From: a bacterium
Lineage (GTDB): Bacteria; Electryoneota; Electryoneia; Electryoneales; Electryoneaceae
Length of the DNA: 64,000 nucleotides
Reading direction: 5' to 3'
Assembly (NCBI GenBank): GCA_963675295.2
Contig: CAXXKJ010000002.1
Location: 384,001 to 448,000, forward strand
The notes below the pieces were generated by a model. The model was not told the origin of the DNA. It searched no databases and saw only the letters and a list, made by a program, of their open reading frames with translations. Every line of letters starts with the position of its first letter. The first letter of the stretch is position 1. Below, piece by piece: positions 11,413-21,808 of the stretch. The translations under genes were made by a program, and so were the position numbers.

Positions 11413-11976
11413 ATGGACATCATGGACGCTATCCACAGCCGCCGCACCATCCACGCATTCAAGCACGATCCGATTCCGGACGATACCCTGTCCGCCATTC
11501 TCGAGGCGGCCACCTGGGCACCGTCCCACAAGAACGAGCAGCCGTGGCGGTTTGCCCGTGTCGGCGCCGAAACCCGTGCGAAACTGCTCGGCATGCTGCA
11601 GATGAAGGTGAAGGAGCTGCTCGCCGACGAGGATGTCGCTCCGCCGGTCCGCAAGAATTATGAGTCGTTGGCGAACGATTTCGGCGGCGCGCCGGTGATG
11701 ATCGCGGTGTACGCGCAGGGTGGGGAAGACCCGTTGCACACGCAGGAAAACCAGCTCGCAACCGCGTGCGCGGTGCAAAACCTGACCCTCGCGGCGTGGG
11801 CGAAGGGTGTCGGCGCGGTGTGGCTGACTGTCGGCTCGGTCCCGCCGGCGAAACCGGTGCTGCAGGCGGGGGACGGCGAGACCGTCGTCGCGCTACTCGC
11901 CCTCGGCTACCCGGACCAGCAGCCGCCCGCTCTGCCACGCACCCCCTGGTCCGGCAAGATCCGCGACCTGCCGTAA
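11413..11976 (+). CDS. Nitroreductase family protein
   Basis: SRRTIHAF, APSHKNEQPWRF, AVQNLTLAAWAKGVG. Confidence 0.92.
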   Translation: MDIMDAIHSRRTIHAFKHDPIPDDTLSAILEAATWAPSHKNEQPWRFARVGAETRAKLLGMLQMKVKELLADEDVAPPVRKNYESLANDFGGAPVMIAVYAQGGEDPLHTQENQLATACAVQNLTLAAWAKGVGAVWLTVGSVPPAKPVLQAGDGETVVALLALGYPDQQPPALPRTPWSGKIRDLP

Positions 11977-12058
11977 TCGGCTGCTGAATTTCTGCTTCCA
12001 AACTGAAACGGAATATAAGTGCAACCAAAGATTAACTAGTAACACTGAAAAACACTTA

Positions 12059-12292
12059 TTATTGTTCATTTCTATGGATTGAGGCGGTAGAATATGTCTG
12101 ATATACATAACCACTTGGGTTAACTTCATCGTGGTTATATACTTCATGTTCTTGGTCTTCATGAACAGAAAATGTTATATCTCCATCTTTATTTACTTTA
12201 ATATGCACTATTTTTTCGTTTAGATGCATTAATTGTTCAACTAGTCCTTTGTCGGCGGAAATTGTTAGCTTGTTGAGTTTTTGATCGCTCAC
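12059..12292 (-). CDS. Small hypothetical protein in low-GC islet
   Basis: 77-aa ORF with AAGGAG RBS, starting 17 nt after the upstream gene. Confidence 0.55.
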   Translation of the reverse strand: MSDQKLNKLTISADKGLVEQLMHLNEKIVHIKVNKDGDITFSVHEDQEHEVYNHDEVNPSGYVYQTYSTASIHRNEQ

Positions 12293-12309
12293 TTTCTTCT
12301 CCTTAACTT

Positions 12310-13095
12310 TTAGTAAAAATATTCTGCTATTTTATCAACCGATAAGTCATTACCACCATCAACATTCAATATCAAACAAAAATCCTTGTTAAAATATTTC
12401 CAAAATAACGATTTCCAATTACGCATTAAATAATAAGTAGAAGCAGATGTGCCTGTGGATCCTAATCCGGCACAAATGATTATCCAAAACTTTTTATTTA
12501 TGGGAGATCGAATTTTCATAACTAATCCTTTATCGTATCTACCATCTATTCTGTATTTTTTATTGTTCCAAAAAGTTTGAATTGCAACTCCCTTTGAATC
12601 TTGAATAAAACGCGCAAAATGTGTAAATTGCCTATTTAAAATGTCGTGTGTCTTAATATTAGAACTGCTACTGCCCAAACAAATTAGATTAGCATCCCAT
12701 AAATTTTTTACTTCTAAATCGTTCTTTATTTTCGGTGCGTGTCGCGTAAACTTACCAAATGTTTGGTTTATATATTGTATAGAACTAATATTACTTTCGC
12801 CATATACCTTTCTTGGACCGTTTATATGGTGATTACGATTTATTTTTAGAAAGAACAAATCTTTTAATGGAGGATAATCAATTTCAAGCACATCGGGAAC
12901 AATTATAGTCTTATCTTTGAAATATCTACTCGAACCCCAAAAAAGCCGAGTTCTAAATCGTAATAAGAACTCCAATAAAATAGGACCATACTTTGAGCCA
13001 AGTACCCATATAGAAGTAGCTAATAGACTAGCAAGAATACCGGCTTTAACTGTTTCTGAAGTTATAACATCAAAAATCTTTTCCCAAATCTCCAT
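12310..13095 (-). CDS. Hypothetical membrane-anchored protein in low-GC islet
   Basis: 261-aa ORF in AT-rich DNA; N-terminal TM; NLICLGS and CAGLGSTGT motifs. Confidence 0.75.
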   Translation of the reverse strand: MEIWEKIFDVITSETVKAGILASLLATSIWVLGSKYGPILLEFLLRFRTRLFWGSSRYFKDKTIIVPDVLEIDYPPLKDLFFLKINRNHHINGPRKVYGESNISSIQYINQTFGKFTRHAPKIKNDLEVKNLWDANLICLGSSSSNIKTHDILNRQFTHFARFIQDSKGVAIQTFWNNKKYRIDGRYDKGLVMKIRSPINKKFWIIICAGLGSTGTSASTYYLMRNWKSLFWKYFNKDFCLILNVDGGNDLSVDKIAEYFY

Positions 13096-13098
13096 ATC

Positions 13099-14052
13099 CT
13101 ACTCCTCAAACACTCCCATCTTCCCGAATTTCGCGACACGTTCGGTGATCAGGGTTTCGACGGGCAGTTTGCTCAGATCGCGGAAGTGTTTCATCACGCC
13201 GGTCTTGATGCTCGCGGCGGTGGCTTTCCAGTCACGGTGGGCGCCGCCGAACGCTTCCGGCAGGATTTCGTCGATGATGCCCAGTTCGAGCAGGTCGGGC
13301 GCGGTGATTTTCATCGCGTCGGCCGCGGCGGGGGCGTGTGCGGCGTCACGCCACAGAATCGACGCGCACCCTTCCGGGCTGATGACGCTGTAGATCGAGT
13401 GTTCGAGCATCAGGACACGGTCGGTGACGCCGATTGCCAGCGCACCGCCGGACCCGCCTTCGCCGATCACGCAGGCGACAATCGGCACTCGCAGCTGGCT
13501 CATCTCGTACAGGTTCCGTGCGATCGCTTCCGCCTGGCCGCGTTCTTCCGCGCCAAGGCCGGGGTACGCGCCGGGCGTATCGATCAGCGTCAGCACGGGA
13601 CGGTTGAACTTTTCCGCCAGCTTCATCGCACGCAGGGCTTTACGATACCCTTCCGGGTGCGGCATGCCGAAATTGCGGAACAGGTTGTCCTTGGTGCCGC
13701 GGCCTTTCTGGTGGCCGACGATCAGCACGTCCATCCCGTCGATGGTGGCGATACCGGTGATGATCGCGTTGTCGTCGCGGTAGTTCCGGTCGCCGTGGAT
13801 TTCCTCGAACCGGCTGGCGATCAGCTTGATGTAGTCGAGGGTGTACGGCCGTTTCGGATGACGTGCGAGCTGCACCCGTTGCCAGCGGTTCAGGTTGCTG
13901 AACACATCCTGGCGCAGGCTGTCGGCTTTCTTCTGCAGCAGCGTGATTTCATCGGTGATATCGACCCCGCCGGACGACAGTTCCTGCATCTCGGCGATCT
14001 TTTTTTCCAGTTCGACAATCGGCTTTTCGAAGTCGAGCACGAATTCCCGCAT
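13099..14052 (-). CDS. accA: Acetyl-CoA carboxylase carboxyltransferase alpha subunit
   Basis: LDFEKPI, FGMPHPEGYRKA, AEERGQ, GEGGSGGALAI. Confidence 0.97.
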   Translation of the reverse strand: MREFVLDFEKPIVELEKKIAEMQELSSGGVDITDEITLLQKKADSLRQDVFSNLNRWQRVQLARHPKRPYTLDYIKLIASRFEEIHGDRNYRDDNAIITGIATIDGMDVLIVGHQKGRGTKDNLFRNFGMPHPEGYRKALRAMKLAEKFNRPVLTLIDTPGAYPGLGAEERGQAEAIARNLYEMSQLRVPIVACVIGEGGSGGALAIGVTDRVLMLEHSIYSVISPEGCASILWRDAAHAPAAADAMKITAPDLLELGIIDEILPEAFGGAHRDWKATAASIKTGVMKHFRDLSKLPVETLITERVAKFGKMGVFEE

Positions 14053-14159
14053 CGGTATCCTCTTTCCACTTCAATGAAGTCATCGCCCCAATTCAACGAG
14101 ATCGGCACCTCAATTCAATGAGGTTAATGCCACTGTTAAACGAGGCTGGCACTCCAATG

Positions 14160-14400
14160 GTGTCATCCTGAACGAAGTGAAGGATCTACGTTCCCGTTGA
14201 TCCATCACGTGATATCGAAATCATGCCCCAGACATTCATGTCTGGGCTCATCGTCGGTCGCCATGCCCACGACATTTATGTCGTGGCTGATCCGTCATCT
14301 GGTTTTAAAGTCATGCCCTCGGGCTTCAGCCCGGGATCATCAGCCAACAGACATTCCTCAGGATCCACGCCCTCGGACTTCAGTCCGGGATTACCAACCC
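14160..14400. repeat. REP-like palindrome cluster
   Basis: GTCATCCTGAACGAAGTGAAGGATCT, TGCCCCAGACATTCATGTCTGGG, CCCTCGGRCTTCAGYCCGGG twice. Confidence 0.85.
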
Positions 14401-14453
14401 CGGAAATCCATCACAATCTTGCTTTTCTTTCCCACAGCCCACAGCCCGTCGTT

Positions 14454-16046
14454 TCACTCGTCCCCGTTCTCGGCTTTCCGCGCGTCTTTTTCCTGTTGTT
14501 CCCGTTCTTCGGCGTGTTTCACCGGATCGGGCCACAGCGTGCTTTCGTCGAGGATGCGCACATGCACCCCCGGCAGCGGCGACAGTTCGAGGAACGTTAA
14601 AATCTGTTCATAGGTCGCGGTTCCGGCGGAGAACAGCACCTGCTTGAGCCGTCGTTGCCGTGTCAATTCGGGTAGATCTTCGACCCGCGCGAAGATATCG
14701 AGGCCGAGCGTGTCGGTATCAGCGGATTCGTCCGCATTTCCCCACAGTGCCCACGCCCAGGTATCGCGTTTGACACCCTGCTCGAGCTGTTGTTTCAGCC
14801 AGTCGCGGGAGACATCGTCCGGTCCGGCGATGACCGACCGCGCGGTCACACTGGGCAGCCGGGAGATGGTGCGGAAGATCCGCCGCGACCCGAGCAGCAC
14901 CCAGCCGAACCCGGCCCACATCGTCAGGAACAGCCCGGAGCGTCCGTTCGAGCCGGACAAAAAGTAACCTGCCATCGCGAGGAAGGCAAAGATAATCGCG
15001 GCGACGATATGGAACGGCGCACGCAGTTTTTCTTTCGGTTTGCGGGCACGGTACGCGCCCAGCAGCGCGAGCATCAGCACTGGCGAACCGGTCAGCAACG
15101 GTCCGATCATCGGGTCGCGTGGCCCGAGCAACGGCATCAGCACCCACACCAGCCCGGCCATCAGGCCGGTATCCAGCAGCGGTGCGCGCCACGTGCGACG
15201 GTTCCGCCGCATCCGGGACGCAATTTTGGCAATTTCGACGCCGGAGTCCATCATGAAGGTTTTCACCGGTCCCGGCCGTAGACGGTGGCGGTAGAAAATC
15301 TTCATCGCGTCGAAGAAATGACGGTCGTGCGCGGCTTCGTCCTGCTTCGTCGATTGGCCCTTGATGTGCATGATTGGCGCGTCAGGAACGTAGCCCAGTT
15401 TCCACCCGGCTCGACGGATCGCGTCGCTCCACGCGATATCCTCACCATACATGAAATACTGTTCGTCGAGGCCGCCGACCTTCTCGTACGCTTCCCGCCG
15501 CACCATCATCGCGCAACCGCACAGCGCGCCGACGTCATGCAGCATATCCTCGTGCAGATAGCCCAGCTGATACTGGCTGAAGAACCGGCTGCGTGGGAAC
15601 ATGCTGGACAGACCGGACAGCTTGCAGAACGACGACCACGGGGTCGGGATCGACCGTTTGCCGGATGCTTGGTACGTGCCGTCTTCGTTCAGCAGCTTCG
15701 GGCCGACCGCGCCGTACTCTTCGTGGTCGTCGAGGAACCGGACCAGCGTCGACAGCGACTGCGGACGAAGAATGGTGTCCGGATTGAGGATCATCAGGTG
15801 CCTGCCGGTTCCCTGCTTCAGCGCGATGTTGTTCGCTTTCGCGAAGCCGAGGTTATCCTCATTCGCGATCAGTTTCACCCACGGGAACCGTTCCCGGACC
15901 ATCTCCGGGGTATGATCCTCGGAGGCATTATCCACCACCCATGTCTCAACCTCCATGCCGTCCCGGGCCTTGTCGAGGGACAGCAGGCAGGTCGCGAGCA
16001 GGTTGCGCACGTTGTAAGAGACGATGATGACGGAGAGATCGGTCAC
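14454..16046 (-). CDS. GT2 glycosyltransferase with C-terminal TM region and nucleotide-binding-like domain
   Basis: VVDNASED, NLGFAKANN, LNPDT, FMYGED. Confidence 0.9.
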   Translation of the reverse strand: MTDLSVIIVSYNVRNLLATCLLSLDKARDGMEVETWVVDNASEDHTPEMVRERFPWVKLIANEDNLGFAKANNIALKQGTGRHLMILNPDTILRPQSLSTLVRFLDDHEEYGAVGPKLLNEDGTYQASGKRSIPTPWSSFCKLSGLSSMFPRSRFFSQYQLGYLHEDMLHDVGALCGCAMMVRREAYEKVGGLDEQYFMYGEDIAWSDAIRRAGWKLGYVPDAPIMHIKGQSTKQDEAAHDRHFFDAMKIFYRHRLRPGPVKTFMMDSGVEIAKIASRMRRNRRTWRAPLLDTGLMAGLVWVLMPLLGPRDPMIGPLLTGSPVLMLALLGAYRARKPKEKLRAPFHIVAAIIFAFLAMAGYFLSGSNGRSGLFLTMWAGFGWVLLGSRRIFRTISRLPSVTARSVIAGPDDVSRDWLKQQLEQGVKRDTWAWALWGNADESADTDTLGLDIFARVEDLPELTRQRRLKQVLFSAGTATYEQILTFLELSPLPGVHVRILDESTLWPDPVKHAEEREQQEKDARKAENGDE

Positions 16047-16792
16047 GAGTTACGTCCGAGCAGCGCGCCGAGCCGCAGCCTCCACACGCGCCAGATGGCC
16101 TCAAGTACGATTTTCTTGTTCATCTTCGAGCTGCCCTGTTCACGTTCAGTGAACACGATCGGCACCTCGACAATCCGGAATCCGCGCCGGTGTGTCTTGA
16201 ATTTGATCTCGATCTGGAAGCTGTATCCGTTGGAGCGAATCCTGTTCAGGTTGATCTTCTCCAGCACTTCCCGGCGGATCGCGGCAAACCCGGCCGTCTG
16301 GTCAGTGTACGGCATCCCGGTTACCAGCCGGGAATAGACCGACGCCGTGTACGACATGATCAGCCGTTGCAACGGCCAGTTGATCACGTTCACGCCCTTG
16401 ACGTAACGGCTGCCGATCACGAAATGTGCCTTTTCGGCGGCTTTCAGCAGGCGGGGGATGTCGTCCGGGTTGTGGCTCAGGTCGGCGTCGATTTCGATGA
16501 CGGCGTCAAAATCGCGTTCCAGCGCGTACTTGAACCCGGCCACATACGCCGTCCCGAGTCCGAGCTTGCCCGCACGCCGCAGCAGGGTCACCCGCGGATT
16601 GGTCAGCTGGATTTCCTCGACGATTTCCCCGGTACCGTCCGGGGACGCGTCATCCACGATCAACAGGTTGATGCGGTTATCAGCCGCGAGTACGCGATTA
16701 ATGGCATTCCGGATATTGTCGCGCTCATTGTACGTCGGCATGATCGCGAGCACTTTCCGGATCGGGGTTTCAGGTAGGGGTATCGTGGCCAT
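16043..16792 (-). CDS. Polyprenol monophosphomannose synthase (DPM1-like GT2)
   Basis: PTYNE, VDDASPDGT, GKLGLGTAY, DADLSH, GYSFQIE. Confidence 0.92.
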   Translation of the reverse strand: MATIPLPETPIRKVLAIMPTYNERDNIRNAINRVLAADNRINLLIVDDASPDGTGEIVEEIQLTNPRVTLLRRAGKLGLGTAYVAGFKYALERDFDAVIEIDADLSHNPDDIPRLLKAAEKAHFVIGSRYVKGVNVINWPLQRLIMSYTASVYSRLVTGMPYTDQTAGFAAIRREVLEKINLNRIRSNGYSFQIEIKFKTHRRGFRIVEVPIVFTEREQGSSKMNKKIVLEAIWRVWRLRLGALLGRNS

Positions 16793-17697
16793 CAGTTCAA
16801 CATGGCTTCCTGTTTACGGAACAGCATCAACTGTTCTTCCACGGTTCGGAACTGCATCTCCAGGTCGCGCTCGGTGCTGTCGATCACCAGCCCGCCCTGC
16901 AACGGACGTTGCGCCGTCTGCCCCAGCAGCTGCGTCAACGTCGGCTGAATGTACACGTCGTTCAGACCGTACGCCTTCGCCACCTTCATCGCGAACTCGA
17001 AACGGCTGAGGATTTCCTTGCCGGCGGCGTGGTAAATTCCGGTGCGCTTCTTCACGATGATCCGGCGGATCGCTTCCGCGATGTCGTCCACGATCGTCGT
17101 GTTCGAAATCTGATCGGTCACGATCTTCACGTCCTGCCGGTTCCGCACCATGTCCACCAGCCAGGTGACGAAGCTCGGTTTCAGATCGCGGCCATGACCG
17201 TAGAGCACGACGGTGCGCACAATCGCGCCGTCGATTCCACCGCCGAGCACGGCGTTTTCCGCCGCGTGCTTGCTTTTGCCGTAGAAGCTGATCGGATTCG
17301 GCCGGTCGAGTTCGCTGTACGGCCCCGCCTGCCCGTCGAACACGTAATCGGTGGACACCTGGATCAGGTGCGTGCCGATTCGGCGGGCGGAATCAACCAG
17401 CGTTTCAACCGCTGCGCAGTTGATTTTCCAGCAACGGTTGCGTTCAATCTCACACGCGTCCACATGCGTCATCGCGGCAGCGTTGACGATGGCGTGCGGC
17501 CGAATCTGCTGCAACAGGTCGAGTACCTTCGCCCGGTCTGTCAAGTCGATCTGGTGGAAGGTGTACTTCCGCCGTCCCGGAAACAGGTTGTCCTTGTGGA
17601 CATCCAGTCCGTGCAGCTCGCAGAAATCCGCGGTCAGGATTTCGACAAGCTTCTGTCCGAGCAGGCCATGACAGCCCGTGACGAGGATTCGTTTCAT
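16792..17697 (-). CDS. rfbD: dTDP-4-dehydrorhamnose reductase family SDR
   Basis: TGCHGLLG, STDYVFDG, YGKSK. Confidence 0.85.
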   Translation of the reverse strand: MKRILVTGCHGLLGQKLVEILTADFCELHGLDVHKDNLFPGRRKYTFHQIDLTDRAKVLDLLQQIRPHAIVNAAAMTHVDACEIERNRCWKINCAAVETLVDSARRIGTHLIQVSTDYVFDGQAGPYSELDRPNPISFYGKSKHAAENAVLGGGIDGAIVRTVVLYGHGRDLKPSFVTWLVDMVRNRQDVKIVTDQISNTTIVDDIAEAIRRIIVKKRTGIYHAAGKEILSRFEFAMKVAKAYGLNDVYIQPTLTQLLGQTAQRPLQGGLVIDSTERDLEMQFRTVEEQLMLFRKQEAMLN

Positions 17698-18162
17698 CTA
17701 TTTCGGCAGTTTGAACCCGTTGGCGGCGAATTGCTTCAATTTGTCAGCGATCGCGGCATCCTGCAACGCAAGGATCCGCGCGGCGAGCACCCCGGCGTTG
17801 GTCGCGCCGGCCTTGCCGACGGCGACGGTTGCCACAGGCACACCGCCCGGCATCTGCACCGTGGACAACAGCGAATCGAGGCCGTCCATCAGCCCGCCCG
17901 GCAACGGAACCCCGATCACCGGCAGGTTGGTCTTCGCGGCGACGGTTCCGGCGAGGTGGTTGGCCATGCCCGCAGCGGCGATCACCGCCTGGAAGCCGTT
18001 CGCTTCGAGGTTCGCACAAAACTCGCTCACCTCGGCGGCGTTGCGGTGCGCGCTCAGCACCTTCACCTCGTGCTCGATTCCAAACCAGTCCAGTATCGGC
18101 AACGCGCGTTCGACAATGTCCCGGTCGTTCGCGCTGCCCATCATAATGGCAACTTTCGGCAT
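17698..18162 (-). CDS. purE: N5-CAIR mutase
   Basis: [30 protein letters not shown]. Confidence 0.95.
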   Translation of the reverse strand: MPKVAIMMGSANDRDIVERALPILDWFGIEHEVKVLSAHRNAAEVSEFCANLEANGFQAVIAAAGMANHLAGTVAAKTNLPVIGVPLPGGLMDGLDSLLSTVQMPGGVPVATVAVGKAGATNAGVLAARILALQDAAIADKLKQFAANGFKLPK

Positions 18163-18296
18163 GAGTCTTTTCTATCCGTTGGTAACGTTTCCGCGCGGCT
18201 CGTTTCCCCACCCCGAGCCGAACTCAAAGGGTAAGATATACCCCGCTTGCTGGCAAGCGGGGACAAGCGATCAACTCTCGGCGGCCTGACGGCGGC

Positions 18297-19328
18297 TTAC
18301 GGTTCAAACGTGTTCAGGAACACGTCGAGATGCCGCACGAACGCTTCTTTCTGCCGGTCGGGAGCGAACACCTTGCCGTCAACAAGATAGAGCGTTCCGT
18401 CTTTCTGCAGCAAGTACGCGACAAACGGCCCTCCGCCGATGGGGCCGTACGTTTCCCAGATCCCGTTCGCCTTGAGCGCGTCTACGCCGTTTAACGTCGT
18501 CCACGCCGTGTCGAGGATAATCGGGTTCGTGCGCGACGAATCGGTGTACGTCAATCCCAGCGTGTCACGCCAACGGATCAGCTTGTCCGCGCTGATGCTG
18601 TCCTTCGGGCCGGGCTGCCACGCGATGGTCACAAACCGATCCGGATACATCCGCCGCATCCGGATGTAATTATCCGCATCACGGCTCGATTCGGTGATGT
18701 TGTAATCGTTGGGGATGCGGATCTCCCACCCGTGCTCCTTGCGCAGGCTGTCGGCGAGGTCCTCCTGCTCGAGACGCGCGTACATCGACTTCTTCATCCG
18801 CGCGTTCCGGTCTTCGGTCAGCAGGTCATCCATCACCTCACCATTCACCCGCAGCCATTCCATCAGCTCGTCTACTGTCGGCGCAACCGCGACCACCACC
18901 GTCTGCCCACGCACCCAGACGTCTTTCTGCCGGAAGACACGCAACGTGCCGTCGAGCACACCCTGCCGCAGCTCGTCGTTCAGCATCCGCTGCACACGCT
19001 GGCTCATCGGATCGTCTTCCTCCAATGCGCCAAGCAGCACGATGTTCTGCCAACGGCTGATGAGGCCGAGCGAGTCTTCGCCGACGTACATCGTCACCCA
19101 CTGCAATTCCGGCTGCGGTGTGCTGACCACGTCCGCGAAGATGTTCTCGATCAACGGCCGCGCCATCGCATCAAGACGTCCGTCAACGCCGACGCCGAGC
19201 ATCAGGTCGCCTTCGGTCGAATTTTTCTTGAAGCTGCTGCAGCCGGTAGCGCCGGCCAGCAACAGGATCAGTCCAAGCAGCAGAAGGTGTTTGGTCAGCA
19301 GGCCCAACCGTGTGCGCGTGGCTATCAT
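18297..19328 (-). CDS. DUF4837-like lipoprotein
   Basis: Lipobox ATGC; TPQPE, DVW..GQ, GGPFVAY, DG.VFAP. Confidence 0.75.
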   Translation of the reverse strand: MIATRTRLGLLTKHLLLLGLILLLAGATGCSSFKKNSTEGDLMLGVGVDGRLDAMARPLIENIFADVVSTPQPELQWVTMYVGEDSLGLISRWQNIVLLGALEEDDPMSQRVQRMLNDELRQGVLDGTLRVFRQKDVWVRGQTVVVAVAPTVDELMEWLRVNGEVMDDLLTEDRNARMKKSMYARLEQEDLADSLRKEHGWEIRIPNDYNITESSRDADNYIRMRRMYPDRFVTIAWQPGPKDSISADKLIRWRDTLGLTYTDSSRTNPIILDTAWTTLNGVDALKANGIWETYGPIGGGPFVAYLLQKDGTLYLVDGKVFAPDRQKEAFVRHLDVFLNTFEP

Positions 19329-19374
19329 GAAACCCCCACAATCAGCGTAAGATCATTGGTCTCTGTAGTAATAA

Positions 19375-19404
19375 ACAAAAAACGCCCCCGCGATGCGGGG
19401 GCGG
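19375..19404 (-). terminator. Intrinsic terminator
   Basis: CGCCCCCGC/GCGGGGGCG hairpin with T-tract on the minus strand. Confidence 0.75.
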
Positions 19405-19424
19405 AAATCGTCACTCGGAGTTTC

Positions 19425-20243
19425 TTACGGCGCATACCAACCGGTGGCGGCATCGAAGTAGGCCCGGATGCCGAGTTCCGCAAACGCGCCGGTGAAGTCA
19501 ACCGCGATCTTGCGTGTCCGGTTGTTGTTCGCGTCCCAGACGTACGGTTCGATCGGATAGTTGCCTTCTTCGTCGAGGCTTCCGGTCAGATCTTCGTACT
19601 CGAGGTTCGGTACGTTCGCCATGCGATAGCCGATCGCGCCCGTGATACCGAACATCTCGGTCAGCATGAATTCAGCGCCGAGGGATGCGCGCAGGCCGAG
19701 GCCCGTGCCGGTGGCGTCGTAGATTGCCGGGTCGAACTCGTTCTGCGATGTGATACGGTCAATCTTGGCGTTGATCAGGCTGACACCACCGCCGACGAAC
19801 AAGTGAAAGGCGTCCCCGAACGGAATCAGGTAATGACCGGCCACATAGAACTCACCACCGGAAGCAACGTGCTCGTTCGTCGCGGTCGAGCCGTCTTCGA
19901 GGTTGGTGAAGCTGCCTTCAAACTTGTCCTGGCCGAGGTAGTTGTACCCGATGTGCCAGCGGAAGTTTTCGTGGCTGCGATACAGCAGCGCAAGGCCGCC
20001 GCCGATGCCAAGCTCGGCTTCGTTGTAGTCGTTTCGCTGGATGTTGTCGATCGGCGTGAGGAAGTAGTTATTCACATCGTCCATCGCAAACATGCTACCA
20101 CTTCCGGTAATCTGGATACCGAACTTGTGGGGCAGTTCAACGCGTTCGGTCTGGAAAATCGAAATGTCGCTTCCTGCGGATGCCAGGCCTGCAAAAATGA
20201 GCACACCGACGATCATCCCCGCCAGCAGTCCATGACCCTTCAT
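19425..20243 (-). CDS. Outer-membrane beta-barrel protein
   Basis: Signal peptide; alternating amphipathic strands; ELGIRAYF near the C-terminus. Confidence 0.75.
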   Translation of the reverse strand: MKGHGLLAGMIVGVLIFAGLASAGSDISIFQTERVELPHKFGIQITGSGSMFAMDDVNNYFLTPIDNIQRNDYNEAELGIGGGLALLYRSHENFRWHIGYNYLGQDKFEGSFTNLEDGSTATNEHVASGGEFYVAGHYLIPFGDAFHLFVGGGVSLINAKIDRITSQNEFDPAIYDATGTGLGLRASLGAEFMLTEMFGITGAIGYRMANVPNLEYEDLTGSLDEEGNYPIEPYVWDANNNRTRKIAVDFTGAFAELGIRAYFDAATGWYAP

Positions 20244-20348
20244 ACTGGATCGCCTCCCAATCATCTGCGGCGCCATCGTAGGTAGAATGATGTGTCCTCC
20301 CCGGCCCCGCCGGCGCCTCTCCGGGGCATGTCTGGAAACTCGCTCAAG

Positions 20349-21407
20349 TTAGGTTTCGGTTGCGGACTTTGCAACCAGTTGAGTGACCTTACGAACACCG
20401 CGTGCATACGCGAAGAGAATCGATCCAGGGTACACAACATGACCCAATTGGCGCCAGTGAACTTTCCGTAATTCTTGAATATGACGGCGTTTTGATTGGT
20501 TGCGCTTCCATGCCCGGGCGAAGTCTCTCCACGCTGCCATCACTGCGGTGAATCTGCCGGGGTGCCCCCGGAGAGCCTCCACCACTCCGATTCCGTGGTC
20601 GAAGACCAGCCTCGCGAGCAACAATCCGGGCAGGTCGAACTTGTCCGCGTTCTTCAAAATCATGAACAGGCTGTTGCGGTGGTTGAGGTACATTTTGTTC
20701 CAGGATTCGTACGCCAGCGTCGACCCGCCGAGGTGATACACCGTCCCGTGCGGAGCAGACGCCACCTTCCATCCGCGCAGCCACGCTCGCCACGAGAGGT
20801 CGATCTCCTCCTGGTGCGCGAAGAAGTCCTCGTCCAGCAGCCCGATGTCCTTGAGCGTCGATCGCCGCCACAGGCACGCCGTCCCGCTCGCCCAGAAGAT
20901 CTCGCGCGGCTCGTTGTACTGTCCGGTGTCCTCCTCCATGTCGCCGCCGATCCGGCCGTAGGCGAACGGGTATCCGAAACGGTCGATCAACCCGCCCGCG
21001 CCGCCGGCATAGTCAAACATGCCATGGTTGTGATGCGAGAGGATTTTCGGCTGTACCGCGGCGATCTGCGGTGAACTCATCGCCACGTCCAGCATCGCCT
21101 CGACCACGCCCGGCACCAGCCGCACATCATCGTTCAGCAGCCACACCCAGTCGCCGTTGGAGGCTTCGATCCCACGGTTGCAGCCGCCGGCATAGCCATG
21201 ATTCTTCGTCAGCCGCAGCACATGAATCCACGGGTGCGCCTTTTCCGCATCCCGGACCGAACCGTCGGTGGACGCATTATCCACAACCAGCACCTCGAGC
21301 GCGACCCCGCGTTGCAGCAAACGTTTCCGTTCGTCAGCGAGGTCGGTCAACGTGTTCAGCAGGATTTCGTGGCCCTGCAGGTGCGGTATGATGACGGTGA
21401 TCAGCAT
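20349..21407 (-). CDS. GT2 glycosyltransferase
   Basis: VVDNASTDGS, GYAGGCN, LLNDD, FAHQEEIDLSWR. Confidence 0.9.
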   Translation of the reverse strand: MLITVIIPHLQGHEILLNTLTDLADERKRLLQRGVALEVLVVDNASTDGSVRDAEKAHPWIHVLRLTKNHGYAGGCNRGIEASNGDWVWLLNDDVRLVPGVVEAMLDVAMSSPQIAAVQPKILSHHNHGMFDYAGGAGGLIDRFGYPFAYGRIGGDMEEDTGQYNEPREIFWASGTACLWRRSTLKDIGLLDEDFFAHQEEIDLSWRAWLRGWKVASAPHGTVYHLGGSTLAYESWNKMYLNHRNSLFMILKNADKFDLPGLLLARLVFDHGIGVVEALRGHPGRFTAVMAAWRDFARAWKRNQSKRRHIQELRKVHWRQLGHVVYPGSILFAYARGVRKVTQLVAKSATET

Positions 21408-21539
21408 GGTTTGTCGTGCACGTGGTACGCTGGGTTTTGCCTGTGATTGACGTTTGGTTCTACTCTGATTGCCGTTGAGTTCTACTGCAATTGACGCCGG
21501 GCTCTGCTACTGGCTAACGTAAGGAAAGGTCACAAGCAC

Positions 21540-21795
21540 GTGCCCGTGCTGGCTCTGACGACGCGGCTCATTCACATGTTCCTATCCCGATGCCCGCGGG
21601 AGCTTGTCTACTGCGGATCATCCGCCACTCTCGTGTTCGGGTCAAGGACATGTGCCCCTGATGGCTCGGCCAGCAGGGCTTATCTGTCGGTCAATCATCG
21701 TACTGGTTTCGTGCCCCAGACATTCATGTCTGGGCACACCCGACCGTTCAATCCCTGATGCCCGCGGGAGGTTTCCTACCGCGGATCATCCATTA
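21540..21795. repeat. REP-like palindrome cluster
   Basis: Five TGCCC-initiated hairpins. Confidence 0.85.
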
Positions 21796-21808
21796 GCCCA
21801 CAGCCTGC

